Shown here: positions 13,036 to 27,169 of the stretch, piece after piece
Position numbering within the stretch: position 1 is the stretch's first letter
Layout: every line of letters begins with the position of its first letter
NCBI GenBank assembly: GCA_030141605.1
Contig: JAQGDQ010000005.1
Coordinates: 1,860,180 to 1,924,179, forward strand
DNA from: Tubiluchus corallicola
Taxonomy: Eukaryota > Animalia > Priapulida
DNA: 64,000 nt
Direction of reading: 5' to 3'
The notes under the pieces: model-generated
Seen by the model: only the letters and a program-made list of their open reading frames with translations
Databases searched by the model: none
What the model was told of the DNA's origin: nothing
Program-made: the position numbers and the translations under genes

Positions 13036-16000
13036 ACTCAAAAGATCCAATTTCACTTAAACTACTAACGTCAAGCACAACCATCTTTACGTACGGCGTG
13101 TTAATTATTTTGAAAAACACTTTTTGTTTGTAAATACTAAGCAAAAGCTGCCAATTAAGCAAAACAGAATCTTATCCCAGTCTTTGACTATCTGAGTCAA
13201 AAACATTCACTAGTATCAGCTATGTTATCTGAACAATCCACAATGACGCGTTAGATAAATACCTGCTATTAAGACAATTTCCAGTCGGAAGGGCAATAAT
13301 AAATTAGACCAGCATGCAATTAGATTCCTTCCTGTGTCATACGTAATATCCGCGCGATGTCGTGGTTGCTTATTCGTGGTTTCTACCGTTTGGCAACAAC
13401 TTACAACGCACGATTACAATTTTCAAAACAAAAAAGAGTCATACATCATCATCTACACAATCATAATGGCATGATTGTGTAGATTATCTTTGTGGACCAT
13501 ATAATCATCGCAATAACGATTGCATAAGCAGTGATGGACAGCGGCGACAGTGATAACAACGACAAATATGTTAATGACAATTACACTGTTAACGAATATG
13601 GTCATAACCCTTTTGGGCCAGGGGAGGGCTATAGCTCCGCGTATTGCATATCAGTTTTTTAAAGTTATGATACTAGAAAATGGCGATTCTACGACTACTT
13701 TAACATTTAATAGCTCCGATTGTATTAGACAGTGATTCATCATTTTGTAAGTCGCCGCGTTATTTTTCAGGTTATAGACTGAATTCTTTGCTAGTTGCTA
13801 CCAGACATGCGAACCTAGGTTTCACTTTCTCTGCTTCGTCGGGCACAAATTCATCTCAAGTGAAGTCATGCATTAATAATTTACTGTGCTGTAATAGGTT
13901 AGGCTTACTTAGTCCCTAGATCAAGTAATAAGATTCTAATCGTCTTTGTGCCTATGTGTTTTTATGCGTTGTCCCACATGAGAGAACTAAGAGTTTCTAC
14001 TACGGTAATTTCAGGAATCCAGTACATAGAGTATTCAATCCGACTGACTAGCAAACACCCGATAATCCAGATTTTTATGTATGTGGCGTTTGTAGGTCGG
14101 GTTCTTGCAAGACGCATTGAACTGCATATAGCCAAATGCTCCTTATACGCTCGTTTGTAACGCAACCTAGATCAATGTAATAGAAGCATTGTTCTCATAC
14201 AATTCGACGCGGGTCAACAGGGATCCACTACACAGCGGATCCACTACAGGGCTTACTTAAAGCACAACAAAGCGTTTACATAAAACTAAAAAAATCGTTT
14301 TGAAATTTTGTGTCACCTATATGCTGCCTTACTCCGCAGAAAGCTTGTATTAGGAGTTAAGCTGTATAAAACTTGAAAATGTAAATTCCGACAATGACTG
14401 TTAAGCGCAGCCATTTTGATGTTTGGCAGTTTGAAACAAGTTTAGATAACACTGGGCAGGTGGGTAAAGTTTAAAAAATAACCGGAGCATTCGTAGTGCA
14501 CGCTTCGCTAACAAAACAAAAGTATAAATTACCGTATCTTGGCAATTAGATTAAAATACGTTTTTGTGATAAGTAAATGATGCACACTGGGAAAGTGAGT
14601 TAGTGATATCTTACCATGTGGCGAGAATATCTTAAATTATCATGAATTTTTTTCTAGTTACATATATCTTTCAAGATAGGTAAGAGCAATGTTAACTATA
14701 TAAGTTTGTATGGAATGTTCTTTGGGGTATATTTTAAAAATCCCTTTTCTTCCCTTTTAAATATGTGATTGTGGGAGGGTAGAAATCCTATTAAGCATCA
14801 GAAATACGTTTAGGGTGAGATATTGGTAACGAGATAGTGAGCGTCGATACCCTTAAATCGTCTTTGTTACTAATCTGTAATCACTTATTTATTTTTTATC
14901 TCTTGATGTACTAACCGTTTTTATATAGTGATCGCATTAATGTACATATCGTGTCGAAAATAAATGATAATGATAATAATAATATTGAACCAATAGAAGC
15001 GTCTGCGTCCTCCCTTAATTTAACCAGTGTAACGGGAGTTGGAGCATGGGCAGACAAAACCCGCAAAGAGGCAGTTTTCACGATGGCAACTGAGCATTTT
15101 AGACACCAGAATATATCTTCTAACGTTTTTAAAAAGAAGTGGATAAAACACAGCCGTAATGCGTAGTACGCATTTATCTTCGCTATACGATGGCAGACTG
15201 TTGCCCATAATTATTCTATTATTTCTTTAGGTCACATGGTGTGCTTCCATGCTGATTAATTGTCCATGATACAGACTCGATTATTAGAAACAGTGGTTGG
15301 TAACTAAATTGAATCCTGATTCTAACTTTTAAAATAATCCAGTTGAAATGCGCAAAGAACACGCGAGTATAGCAAAAATTGCTATCTTATAGCAAAAATT
15401 TCAAAACCTTATATTAGTATTTGTAATTCGTTTTAGTATAACAAAATATTAATTTTCGAACCTCAATCTGCGACGTTAATGTTACTATGATCGCCAATTA
15501 TAAGCATTTACCAACTTAGGTATCTAAAGTTGTCTACAGATATTTGTGATTTTTTGGGCGCATGATAATGCCTGACACACAGTCAAACAGAGTAAAGTCA
15601 ACTGCTAACTCAAATCGCGGGAAAATGTTTAACAATACCTTTGTTTGTCTCTGTATAATAACATGCAAGACTGTATTCGAATTTTTGAAGCAGCTATTAT
15701 ATTCTGTGTGAGCGTTCTAGTTTGCCTGGACATAGTCAGTACACGTTTATTACCAGCACTTGCTGTGCGAGGAAGTGAGATGTGATCTGTCAAGGTAACA
15801 TATTTTCCAAGAGGTTTGTAGACGTATCCGAGTACCTAAATCAACTTACACAACATACTTTATTTCTGTCTAATTCTCTTACATGACAGAGTTTGCTTTA
15901 CACAGTGCTTTTGCTCAGATTTGGGCCACATGACCAGGTGTAGTTCAGAGGCAGGCGTGTGTACTATTGGTTCTCGGACAAGATTTATTTCAACTGCACG

Positions 16001-16039
16001 TTGCAACTGCAGGTATTCGTCTCTCGCTAATTGAGGCGA

Positions 16040-16435
16040 ATCCAGGTAAAAAAAGTTACAGATAAAAAAAGATCCAGAAAAAAGTCACCTGAAAAATTCA
16101 TAGAAAAAATGTATAACCCTAATCTTAACCCTAACCCTTGCCGTAACCCTAACCCTAAGATACTGAATAAAACGTAATTTTTTAACATACATGTAATGCT
16201 GTCATATAGTGTTGTCAATGTGTACAAGTCATGTATTGCTGATTTAAAATATTTTCTGTTTTATTACTTTAATATTTTATGGCGCTTAAATAAATTGTGA
16301 CTGACTTGAATATTTTTGTTTGACTACCTTTCTTTCCCAGCGAAAATTGCGACTTTATTCCAGGCCACCATAAATTAATTATGACTTTTTCTCATGATAT
16401 TTTTCCCAGCCAAAATTGTGATTTTTTTCTGTGAC
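16040..16435. mobile_element. MITE-like element with AAAAGTCAC/GACTTTT subrepeats and internal CCCTAA repeats
   Basis: A-rich subrepeats on the left, complementary T-rich subrepeats on the right; CCCTAA run at about 16117-16159. Confidence 0.5.
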
Positions 16436-17345
16436 AGGACAGCAAGAAGTGTATCATTATGTGACATAAACTACATTACTGAAAAATAGGCAGGACTAAG
16501 TAGCTTACTTGTTGATTGGGGCTGTTTATTATCGTACTGATATCAGCCATATTTAGCCAGAAAGGAAAAAATCAAAAATAATATAGAATCTTTTTCAAAA
16601 AAAGTAATGTTTCCACACACAAGATTTACTTGGAAGGACCGTGCCCTGTATGAAATTGGCACTCATGTAATACTGTATCAAATTTTGCTACATGAAAATC
16701 AAAAGTAAGAACATTATTTAATTAATGTTCAGTAAAGACAGATTGCCACAAAAATTAACAGAAATGCTAAAAATATCACTACGAGATTATAAACAATAAT
16801 GTATTCAAATTATATTGGTAAAACAATTAATTGTTGTTGTGGAGATCATGGGAATGGTGAAGTTGATAGTTATAGGCATTTTGCTGTCCAAGAAATTCAA
16901 AGCTTGGTGGCTTATTGAAGAACTTTCTTTGACGAAATCGAAGCCGAAGTCACCGAAGTTCTAAAGTAGGCAGCTACGAATCTCGAGGGTCATCCTTGCT
17001 GTCTATTGCATTACTCGTCGACCTGCTTCTGTTATAGGCAGGCTTTATTTGCAAATGAATAAAAACATTTACAGAGTAAGAAGCGTAATTCAATTATGGG
17101 GCAGAAGTAAACGATTAGAAAGTGCTAACTGTTAGAGCAACTCAAAGTGTCTGATGTTGCTAGAAATTAGTTGTTGTAAGTTGTTTTTATTTATAGAATA
17201 TGTTTATTTATCTATAGAATGTCTAGGCATTTTATAGAGTGCCGAAAAAAACAGATAAAGTGCCTGAAATAGTTCCTTCTACACATTTCCTAGGCATTAT
17301 ATAGAATGCAAAAGTTTGTCTAGGCAAAGTGTGCAATTCTCAGAC

Positions 17346-17493
<148 letters not shown>

Positions 17494-18345
17494 TAGCCTT
17501 ATTCCTTATGCCTTGTTGTGCCAGCGATAACATTGCTTGTAACATATGTATACGTATAGCACAGTTACTTGTAACTGTGCTACTGCCACAAGATAGTACT
17601 CGAAGTGTTTCTGACCTAGCCACAGAAGATGTTTTATGCTTAAAGCAGTACGATAACAAACTATCACGGAACTAATCATAACATAACATATCATATTATT
17701 TATTATTTATATGATATTATTTATTTTAAACATGGTTTACTGGCTTGCATTAGACAGTTTCACATAACTGATGCAAAGATTTCGCCCAAAATGCATATAA
17801 TACATAAATTACATGCAATAAAGTTAAATAGAATTACACTAAAAATTAAACATGATTTTACATAATATCATGTTATATCACTCAAAATAATATAAAAGGT
17901 ATAACAATTAAAAAATAAAACATTAATAAAATTAGTAAATAAAATATTGTTACAGAAAATTAGAAAATTTTTAAACACCTTGTACAAGTGTATATATTGA
18001 AAGATTAAATAGATGCACTCATAGCTTAAACGTGTGTTCCCATGAAGCAATTGATCGCTATCTGAGAATTCATGAATTTTAGTATTATTAGAAGGCAATA
18101 TTTCCACGATTTTATCGAGTATTAGTACTTTAGGTAGATTTTTAATAAGAAATGTTTATGTGCCTCAAAAACAAATACTATGATATTATTAGTATGGTTT
18201 ATTTAACGTAGGCTGCAAAACATACAGAGTGTATACAACACTGCATAAATACTGTAGTAAAGAGGAAAATACACGGAATCAAGCTTGAGAGGCGCTGCAA
18301 TGCGACGTGGGAGGTTTTACCGATGTTTTCACGCTTACTTTGGTT

Positions 18346-18468
18346 TATAAAAGCGTATTAGTCCGCTATGCACGCAGATTTCATTGCGCAATAATTCCTG
18401 CTTACCTTTTGCTCCCTAACGTCACCGAGGCGTGTGACTGTCCGCGTGGTACGCATTGCAGGGTGAGC
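18346..18468 (+). promoter_or_regulatory. Candidate core promoter and non-coding first exon
   Basis: TATAAAA at 18346-18352; CA initiator 30 nt downstream (A at 18376); ATG-free, GC-richer segment ending in CAGG|GTGAGC donor (GT at 18463). Confidence 0.35.
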
Positions 18469-21400
18469 TTCATTCTTACTCGTCAACAGGGCTTCAAACG
18501 ATTACTGTCCGTTGCTCAAGGGTAGTGCCACAGTGGTTCGGTCACTTATGAAGCGCTTGTTTGTGTTTGACGCTTAAGTTAATCTGTGTTTTTACTTCTT
18601 TATGCTGTTTTAGTAAAAAGACTCGCCATTTTTGATATTCTGTGACCCTAAATTCGTTCTGCAAGTCAAAGAAGTTACTTTCTCTAATTTCCACGAATTA
18701 GTTTTTGAAAAAAGAAGGTAATGTACATGTATGTTCCATAAACGCATAACTACATATTCGTTATCAAGTTTTTTTCTGTGTTTTTGGCGTGCGCAATGTA
18801 GAAAACCTTCTTTATTTGTAGTTTTACTGCTATTTTCGCATCAGTGCATCTCTTTCTAGATTATCATCGTAGTTTACAGTTACGTTGGCTAACAAGTAAA
18901 AAACAGGCAAAAATTTTGTCGTTTCTGGAACAACACTATAGAATTCATGAACCGCATATACAAAAAAAACACAAAGAGATTAGACAATCGTGTTGATTAA
19001 CGGATAGAATAAATTCAAATTGAAATGTAAATAACTAAACAAGAGACCGACGTTTGAAAGATGTCGTTTTTGCTTGCTCAGCGCATTTTGCATGCATTTA
19101 CAAACTGGTTACGGCGAGAGAGAATAGCAAAATATATAAGCGGGTTTTAAAAAATGTGTTTTATAAATGTATAGACGTCATTAACTTGACATTTTTCACA
19201 GTACATAAGGGAAAGCCTTTGCCACAAAAGAAGGCTGCACCAATTACACCAATTCTTTCACCAATTATAGCAAAATATTACGACAAGGCAACGGCAAATA
19301 TGAAGGGTATCGAAAGCCGTGTGGTATTTCTTGTGCAGCCAAAACTATTAAATTTTGTATTTTATTGTAAAAAAATTAAAATACGCGTCTCTTCAAAAAA
19401 AAGTTTTAACAGCACTATTACAATACAAATAACACGAATCTTTCACCAGAAGAAGAAGATAATAACGTGGTAACCCACCTACACTAATTAGCTAATTACA
19501 TTATTTAGTGTATTATATTTGATTAAGACGTGGGTAGTGTTGCGTTGCTACGATGCATCTACGAGGCAGCTGCAGTTCCTGCCCTTTTCTCACACAAAGT
19601 TTAACGTGCTTTTAGATAAAGGTCTTTGTGACAGAAACAAAACTAATAATACCAAATTAGGATAGAGCGGCAGATGCAAGACAGTAATATTAAAGTTAAC
19701 TGTCACAGCTATTATAGTCGCCTGAACGTAGGTGTATGATTAAGCTATACTGGAAACGTCTGGTCAGGGAAGCCGGCACTAGTTTATGGTTTTGTGGTCT
19801 TTGCTCTGTTCGTCGATGCACTTACAGAGTTGGAAACTTTTTTCGGTTATAAAAGTAAACCAAGAAATGAATTGCACTGACAAAAACATGTATATCTGTA
19901 TACCTTTTAATAGTTGTATTTCCATTGTGAAAAAACGGATACAATTGGAATTAGTTGCATAGAAACAATTTTTCTGTAGATAGTTTACGTTTAGCCAACG
20001 TGAGACCGAAATTCCGTATTCATGGTAACAGCATTGCAAAGTATGATTAGTCTCTAAACAGCGCAGCCATGCACCTTTGCTGTATATTAATCGTCATACA
20101 AAGTTAATTTAATTCTCATTTGAAACGAAGTTACAACTTTCGATGGAAAATTTAGACAAGAATTATTATAATCACAGCGAAAAACGCGAGGAGGCCCTGA
20201 TTTTTGTGCATGACTTTTAATACACTGTCCTAGCGAAAAACCGGATACATTATAATTACCAGCATGGGAAGAGTTTTTAACAAATATATTTTATATTAAC
20301 TAATTACTACGTGCGTTTAAAAACAAAAATACACTGTTCACGGTGGTACCATCATTGCAAAGTGTAACTATGAAGATGATGTGGCTTTGACGCCGTAAGA
20401 CAGCGTATATTCTTCAACTCATTGAAGGACCAAAATTCATTCATGCACGTTTATTTTATAAATTTATTTCATAAATCTAAATAGGTTCATACGCAGAAAC
20501 ACTGTAGTGAGCGTTAGAACAAATAAAATGTTTCATAGGCCAGTCATCGCAAGCCCATTGCATGCGTAGAGGTAAAACTTTCTGTTACACTTCCCAGCGC
20601 TTACAGGAAGAGAATAATTAAATAAAGATTCAGACAACTGAAACACTATGTGATATAATCAAAACAAAGAAAATGTACATTGAAGGAAGAACATTTGTGT
20701 GACGTGAACGACTGAGAAACTCATTCAATGGAAACTTTTGTCTCTATCTAAACATTGAATAAAATGAACTGACGATGAAAACAGGTGAGGTAGCAGTCGC
20801 TGCAAGCGTATAATAAGAAAGGACTTTTTATACTAAGCCTTTTATGCTCATATGTGGTCTAAGATGGGTACCAAACATTTGTCCACTTTGTAATAAAAAA
20901 ATACCAACATGTAACATTGTACCTATTGTGTAAGAGAATATTTGCCCATTTTTGTATTAATCCTTTCAGTGATCTTAACTGTATGAGACTTTCATCCAGT
21001 ACTGTTTGATAGTGGGCTTGTTGAAAATCGTTAATTGTAGCGATAATTCTATTTATTAGCACTGTTCTTATGACTGTTCAGTAGTAGGCTTTGAGTAGAT
21101 ATAATTTAGCAGCTCAACACAGGTTGAAGATGATAGGCACTATTAGCAAACTATTTTTAACAGCAAACTGTTAGCTTTTAGCTTTGTGGGCGCGTAAGAT
21201 AAGACAAACACATGTAAACATGAGAACTATTAGTATAAAGTGGGGCGATTATATATGGGCATTCGTTCCATAACAATACAGGAATGATACAATTATGTAA
21301 ACCGTAATTCAAGGAGGACTAGGTTGCTTTCTTACTGATTAGGCTATTTATTATCATATTAATATCAGTCATATTGAACCAGAAAGGATAACTTTCCAAA

Positions 21401-23384
21401 AGCACTGCAACGTAAAAAAATTAAAAATAACATGAAATATTTTCCAAAAAATAACGTCTTTACACTCATAATTTACAGGAAACATACGAAACTAACCTGA
21501 ATATAATACTGTATGAAATTTTACTACGTGATAATTAAAAGCAGGAACTTTATTGTTCAATTTAATGTTCAATAATGGCTGTTTAGCAAAAACTAGTTTG
21601 TTGAATATTACAGGTTTTCGCATGTAACGGTGGCTATAATGGCAACTCGAAAACAATGAACTCAAATCGTAAATATGACTCGAGTGAACCAAACTGTATT
21701 AGACGCGCGGCCTAACATTAAATGATCAAGTAATTTTAATATCTTTATGCTTAGATACTTGAACTAGAAACTAGCGTTGGGAGACTTGTGGCTAGATGTT
21801 AATGACAAAATTTGGACTTAAGCCGTCATTTTACGGCACAATTTGCCGTTCTTGGCATCGTCTCGCAAAAAACACACAAGAGGATTCGAGGATTAGCAAA
21901 CCATTGCTCTGCCGCAGCAGCTAGCCACTTTCAAACTAACATTTTAAACGTAATTTCGCAGTTAGAATAGGTATTACAAAACGGGCACATTTTTATTCCG
22001 CCCATTCAATTTTATCTGTCACCTAGTTTAATCTACAGCCAAACTTGAATTGGAGTCATTATATAAATATAAAAAAATAATCTGTTATCTGTCATTGGCT
22101 TTAGCATATCACTGCCAGAATGATGTGCGGATGTACCTTCCATATAATTTCGGTAGTTATGGTAAAATATACAAATTACGTAACACCTATATGTCCAAAA
22201 CGTTTGCAGAGTAAACTTTACACTGTGTAATTCTAATTAACACTGACTCCTTTCATTGCCTTGCTTCGGAATAACACTTTATTTGCGATGCACTACTTTC
22301 TCTCAGCGCAGTGAGGTGTAGTTCTCTTTAATAACGCAGTTCTCCTTTGCCATTCGGTCGAAAATAATCATTCAAAGTGTTGATTTTATTGCTTGTACGT
22401 ATCTAATGACATTAGTATAGTTCTCATTAAATTAGCGAAGTTTCAAGAAAATTGGTGGTCGGCGAAATTGCATGAAAAAACGATTATGTTTACCAACCAA
22501 AGCAAAACACTTTTTGGAATACACTATAAAACTTTTGTGTGCTCTTTTTCGGCCCAAATAACTGCAAATAACTGACCATTTAGGGCATTTTGGCATTTTA
22601 GGCAATTACATAATTAAAATATAATACACATTTTCACTGTAATCATGTATCTGTTGGAAGTGCAAATGGTTTAAACTTGACTGTTTTAGCGCTTTGCAGC
22701 ACTTTGGATTTAACCAAGCTTATGGTAATGTAAGTGTTATTTAACTATTAAGTAGTAAAAGGGATCGGTTAACTCTTTATTACTAAATTAACGTTAAAGT
22801 CAATGCAAAAATTAAACAACGTACGAGTTTTGAAGCTGTAACCTAGGGCCTATGTGTAACGTTTCCCTTTACAAAAATACACAAAAGTGCGGCGGTGCTT
22901 CCTGGCAGAGGTACACAAAAGTCTAGAAGGAAATAGATAAACGGCAGCCGTTTTCCTTGAAATACATAAACTCAGTTTCACCTCAATCTCAAACTCATTC
23001 TCCAGGTTTTTGTTATTTTATATTTATACGAGATTTAATAAATTAATAAATAAATAAATAAAGCTTTTTCATTTGGTTGTAGACTAACCTAGATATTCGA
23101 TTGTGAGTAATTGTGAGCTCTGTTCAAATCGCAAGTACATAAATAAGAAAGTAAATAAATAAGTTTATTTTAAGACGGATTATCAACAATAAAACACTCG
23201 AGACTCATGAGATTCCTTTACCGTCCATAAATCAAGACAAATAAAATGTACAGGAAAACACAATAGAATGAAATTTCAAATCAGAGGAAATTTATTAGGC
23301 TGTTATTCAAACTATTGGCAATATATAAACTTGTATTAGTTATACCAAACAGGAATCTGTATTGTACTGTTTGTAGAGGTTGAT

Positions 23385-23525
<141 letters not shown>

Positions 23526-24339
23526 GTAGATCATCCCATGTGTTGACAACTCATGTGTAAGTAGTTCGTGCCCACATCCCCACACAAACGCATCTCTATT
23601 AGGGCTCCATCTCTATCCACATTACTAATGCATGGGATATCTAGCGGTTTCCCTAACGTGTTCTTCAAATGACATACTATGCCACTCAAGCAAGAGAATT
23701 TTTCCACATCCACGTGATACTTTAGGTGCCCCATATTATTTAGCGGACAAATTTAAATCGAGGGAGTAAAATACTAAGATTAAAATTCTGATATTGCGAA
23801 AACGTAAAGACTTGACAATAAAAGCAAAGGTGCAATTTCTACTGTGTAAATGTGCTCACTGCGTCGTTAGAATGGATAACGTAAACAGTTTTTTTAGACT
23901 TTCCAGACTCCCGTAGACACAACTTCCGTTTCACAGTTCAGCTAACTTGTGATAGGAGGGCAGTTAGTATTGGTGCCACAGGAATCTTTTTAAGAAATCA
24001 AGCTGACGGGTTTCTTTAATTTAATTTACTGCATTGAGCTGCCATTATATAATTAATTTACACGTATTTATATCCTACAGATTTGATATTATTAATAACT
24101 CTAATTACTAGGTTAGACTGACTACTTTTCCCAGCTTCATAACAATATATTCATTTTATAATAGAATGCAGTAGTAACAAGCAACGTAGTGCACTTACAA
24201 TTTAAAGAATTTTTTCTACTGCCTAGATAAAGATCTATATAAAAAATTATAATTGCAGTAACATAATCTGCTTCAAGCCAAAACCTTTAAATTTATTTTA
24301 CTTTATTTTAATCTTTTTCACTGTCTCTGCTGTCTCTGT

Positions 24340-24588
<249 letters not shown>

Positions 24589-25372
24589 GAAGAGAGAGTT
24601 CTAGAAAAAAACTCAATGACAGTTTATGAACAATTTTTTCTGCTAGATTGTTTTCTGTGAAGCCAATCAAACAATAAACTGACCTCTATAAACACATTTT
24701 TGTTAGATATAATTAGTTGCAGTAAAGCATAGCCCTTTTAATGCGATCTCATTCATACTTTGGCTTAGTAACCGACAAATCACATTTCCTAAATGTTCAT
24801 AGAGCTAGTAATTATATCATAACAATGATCGAATCATGTTAATGGAGCTCTGAAACTTACATTTCACATGCACATAGTACAGAGTTAGCTAAACTCATTG
24901 TCAGTACCAAGATCAATGATCTCAGAATCATAAACTGAAGGGTAGCATAATGTTAGTGGACAGTTATTAGTTAGCCACATACGTGACAAATATCCAGGTA
25001 TATAAACGCATTGCGTCACAGGTAGTAAATGGAAATACCGTGCTTCACAAAGTGACATTATAGCAAGCTGCTCTCAGATCACTGTCATTTAAACCTTGCG
25101 TGTCTGACATCATCCATTAGCTTCCCACTCATCGTCGAAGTTGTTCTTATACTCAATAAAATTCTCTTAGGATTTTAAAAGTTTTTTACACCAGTAAAAA
25201 TTTTAGAAACAACATAGAGGGAGGCCGGTTTTAGGCGCGAAACACAAAGTTTATTTATTATTTGTTTATTTTATTATTTTAATTTTTTCGTACATTTAAC
25301 ATAAAAAATTTGAACACTCTGCTATTCTGGTTATTAGAAAAATTACAATGGAAACTACTAATACATATATAT

Positions 25373-25581
25373 ATGTACATACGCACTCAGATACAAAACA
25401 TAATAATACGAGACAGATAATTAAAAATGCGATACACACAGGCATAAAACACTATAAAAGTTACACATTTAATATGTATAAATGTACATAGGCACTCAGA
25501 TGCAAAACATAATAATACGAGACAGATCATTAAAAATGCGATACACACAGGCATAAAACACTATAAAAGTTACACATTTAA
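25373..25581. repeat. Tandem duplication, period 109 bp, near-identical copies
   Basis: ATGTACATA(C/G)GCACTCAGAT...AGTTACACATTTA starts at 25373 and again at 25482. Confidence 0.9.
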
Positions 25582-25729
25582 AAAGATAAAACATATTGAT
25601 TGCATAATACACCAATGGCAATAGGTCCATATTATTATATTGTGATATGAAGAGTAATCATACAATTTATCAATTATATAGTTGGATAGTTCTGGCAGCC
25701 CATATATAAATAATCACAATTATCTTTTT

Positions 25730-25766
25730 GCAATGACGTCATTGCTAAGAATATTAAGTATAAATA
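25730..25766 (+). promoter_or_regulatory. Full CRE (TGACGTCA) inside a 16-bp palindrome, with a TATA-like box just downstream
   Basis: GCAATGACGTCATTGC at 25730-25745; TATAAATA at 25759-25766; about 1 kb upstream of the neuropeptide CDS. Confidence 0.3.
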
Positions 25767-26812
25767 TACAAAACCGAATAGTAAACAACAGAAGCAATGC
25801 ATGGACTATACAGTGGGTTGTACTACTCATGATCAACAAAAGTCTGAAACTTAGCTGAAATAAATTTCTTTATTAAAGCGCACTCTTAATAACTTCACGT
25901 CATCATCATCATCATCATCATTATTACCAATACAGTTGCTGACACCACCACCATCATCATCAAAACCGAGTTGTACATAGTGACAGTATCCTGCTTACTT
26001 CTATACAGCCAGGAATGTTTCCTGCAACGATCCAAGCTTTGTTACTTCTAGTAGTATCTTACTACAAAGTTGAGAAATCGTTCTTGAAAGTTGAGAGTGT
26101 ACCATAGAATTTGCTAGCCTGCATTTCCTATTCTCTTTTCTGCTAATAAAGCCAAATTTTGATAAGTGGATACAGCTGCCAAACTTTTAAGAATGATCCA
26201 TTAGGCCATTTTAACAACGTTTGCGCTTTGCAGGCTTATACCTCCAAACCTTTCATAGATGGACGCTTGGTTATATGTTATATCATTTGGTGATAGGATT
26301 AGTGACCTTGGAACATATGAAGTGGTCAAGAGTTGCATCATCAGTACCCCTCTATCCATTTCACAAAATCAAATATTTATATATAAATTGCAAGCAAAAC
26401 CATAAACTGTGACAAAATGCTTTATGGTCCAATAAGAAATCGGCCATTTGCCACATAATTTTGGGTCCAAGTTTTGAGCTCTGACAAAAATTAGACACCT
26501 CATATTTCTAAATTAAGAATAATATTGTAGTACTTTGATATGTTGGGTTTTTGCTTAAGGTACACGAGGTGCTAACATGTCTATAAAACCTAATAAAATA
26601 ATAGATTTATAGAAAAATTTAGATGATTAAGCTGGCCCAATGAATATTTATGATATAGCATCTGATCTTAGATGAATTTTTATTATTATATGGTACAAAT
26701 GGGCATGGTACAATGTACAATGAGTATGGTACAATGTATTAACAAAGCTACATATCGAAACGTGCTGAATTGTAATAGTTATGGATAACGTTTTCTTTTT
26801 TCAGTGCCTGCC

Positions 26813-27169
26813 ATGAATGTGCATACAATACTTTTGTTGTTAGCTACATTTGGACTGAGTTTATGTTACCGAGAAGACAAAGACACATACGAGCTGTTGA
26901 GGAGAAGTTATCAAAATCCAACTTTTCTAATGGATGCTGCATACAGATACACCTACCCTGATATAAGCCGTCCCGCTTTCAACAGATTCGCCCATGAAGC
27001 CAGAAAAAGAGTTAATTCATATCGATCATGGCGGCCCATGTTTGGACCGGTTCCGGCCTCTCCTCGAGGAAGCTGGTCTGCGCTAGATCCCGACGAAGGA
27101 AGTGAGGGTCATCTCATTTCTAGAGAGGTTTCAGAGGAGCGACGGCCGTTCAGGTGGGGACGGCGATAA
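26813..27169 (+). CDS. Secreted neuropeptide precursor, 118 aa (NKY-like, C-terminal PFRW-amide)
   Basis: Polypyrimidine-cag acceptor ending at 26804; gccATG start; hydrophobic signal peptide MNVHTILLLLATFGLSLC; RR and RKR convertase sites; terminal W-G-RR-stop amidation signal; AATAAA at 27501. Confidence 0.88.
   Translation: MNVHTILLLLATFGLSLCYREDKDTYELLRRSYQNPTFLMDAAYRYTYPDISRPAFNRFAHEARKRVNSYRSWRPMFGPVPASPRGSWSALDPDEGSEGHLISREVSEERRPFRWGRR

Noticed and set aside
16117-16159. Telomere-like CCCTAA repeats
   Set aside because: Only a few degenerate copies, inside a MITE-like element; not a telomere
27146-27160. PFRWG resembles the melanocortin core HFRWG
   Set aside because: His is missing, there is a single terminal copy, no POMC layout, and the Gly is an amidation donor; probably coincidence
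26813-27169. Luqin-type RW-amide precursor
   Set aside because: Luqin peptides follow the signal peptide directly and the precursor has a C-terminal Cys pair; neither is present
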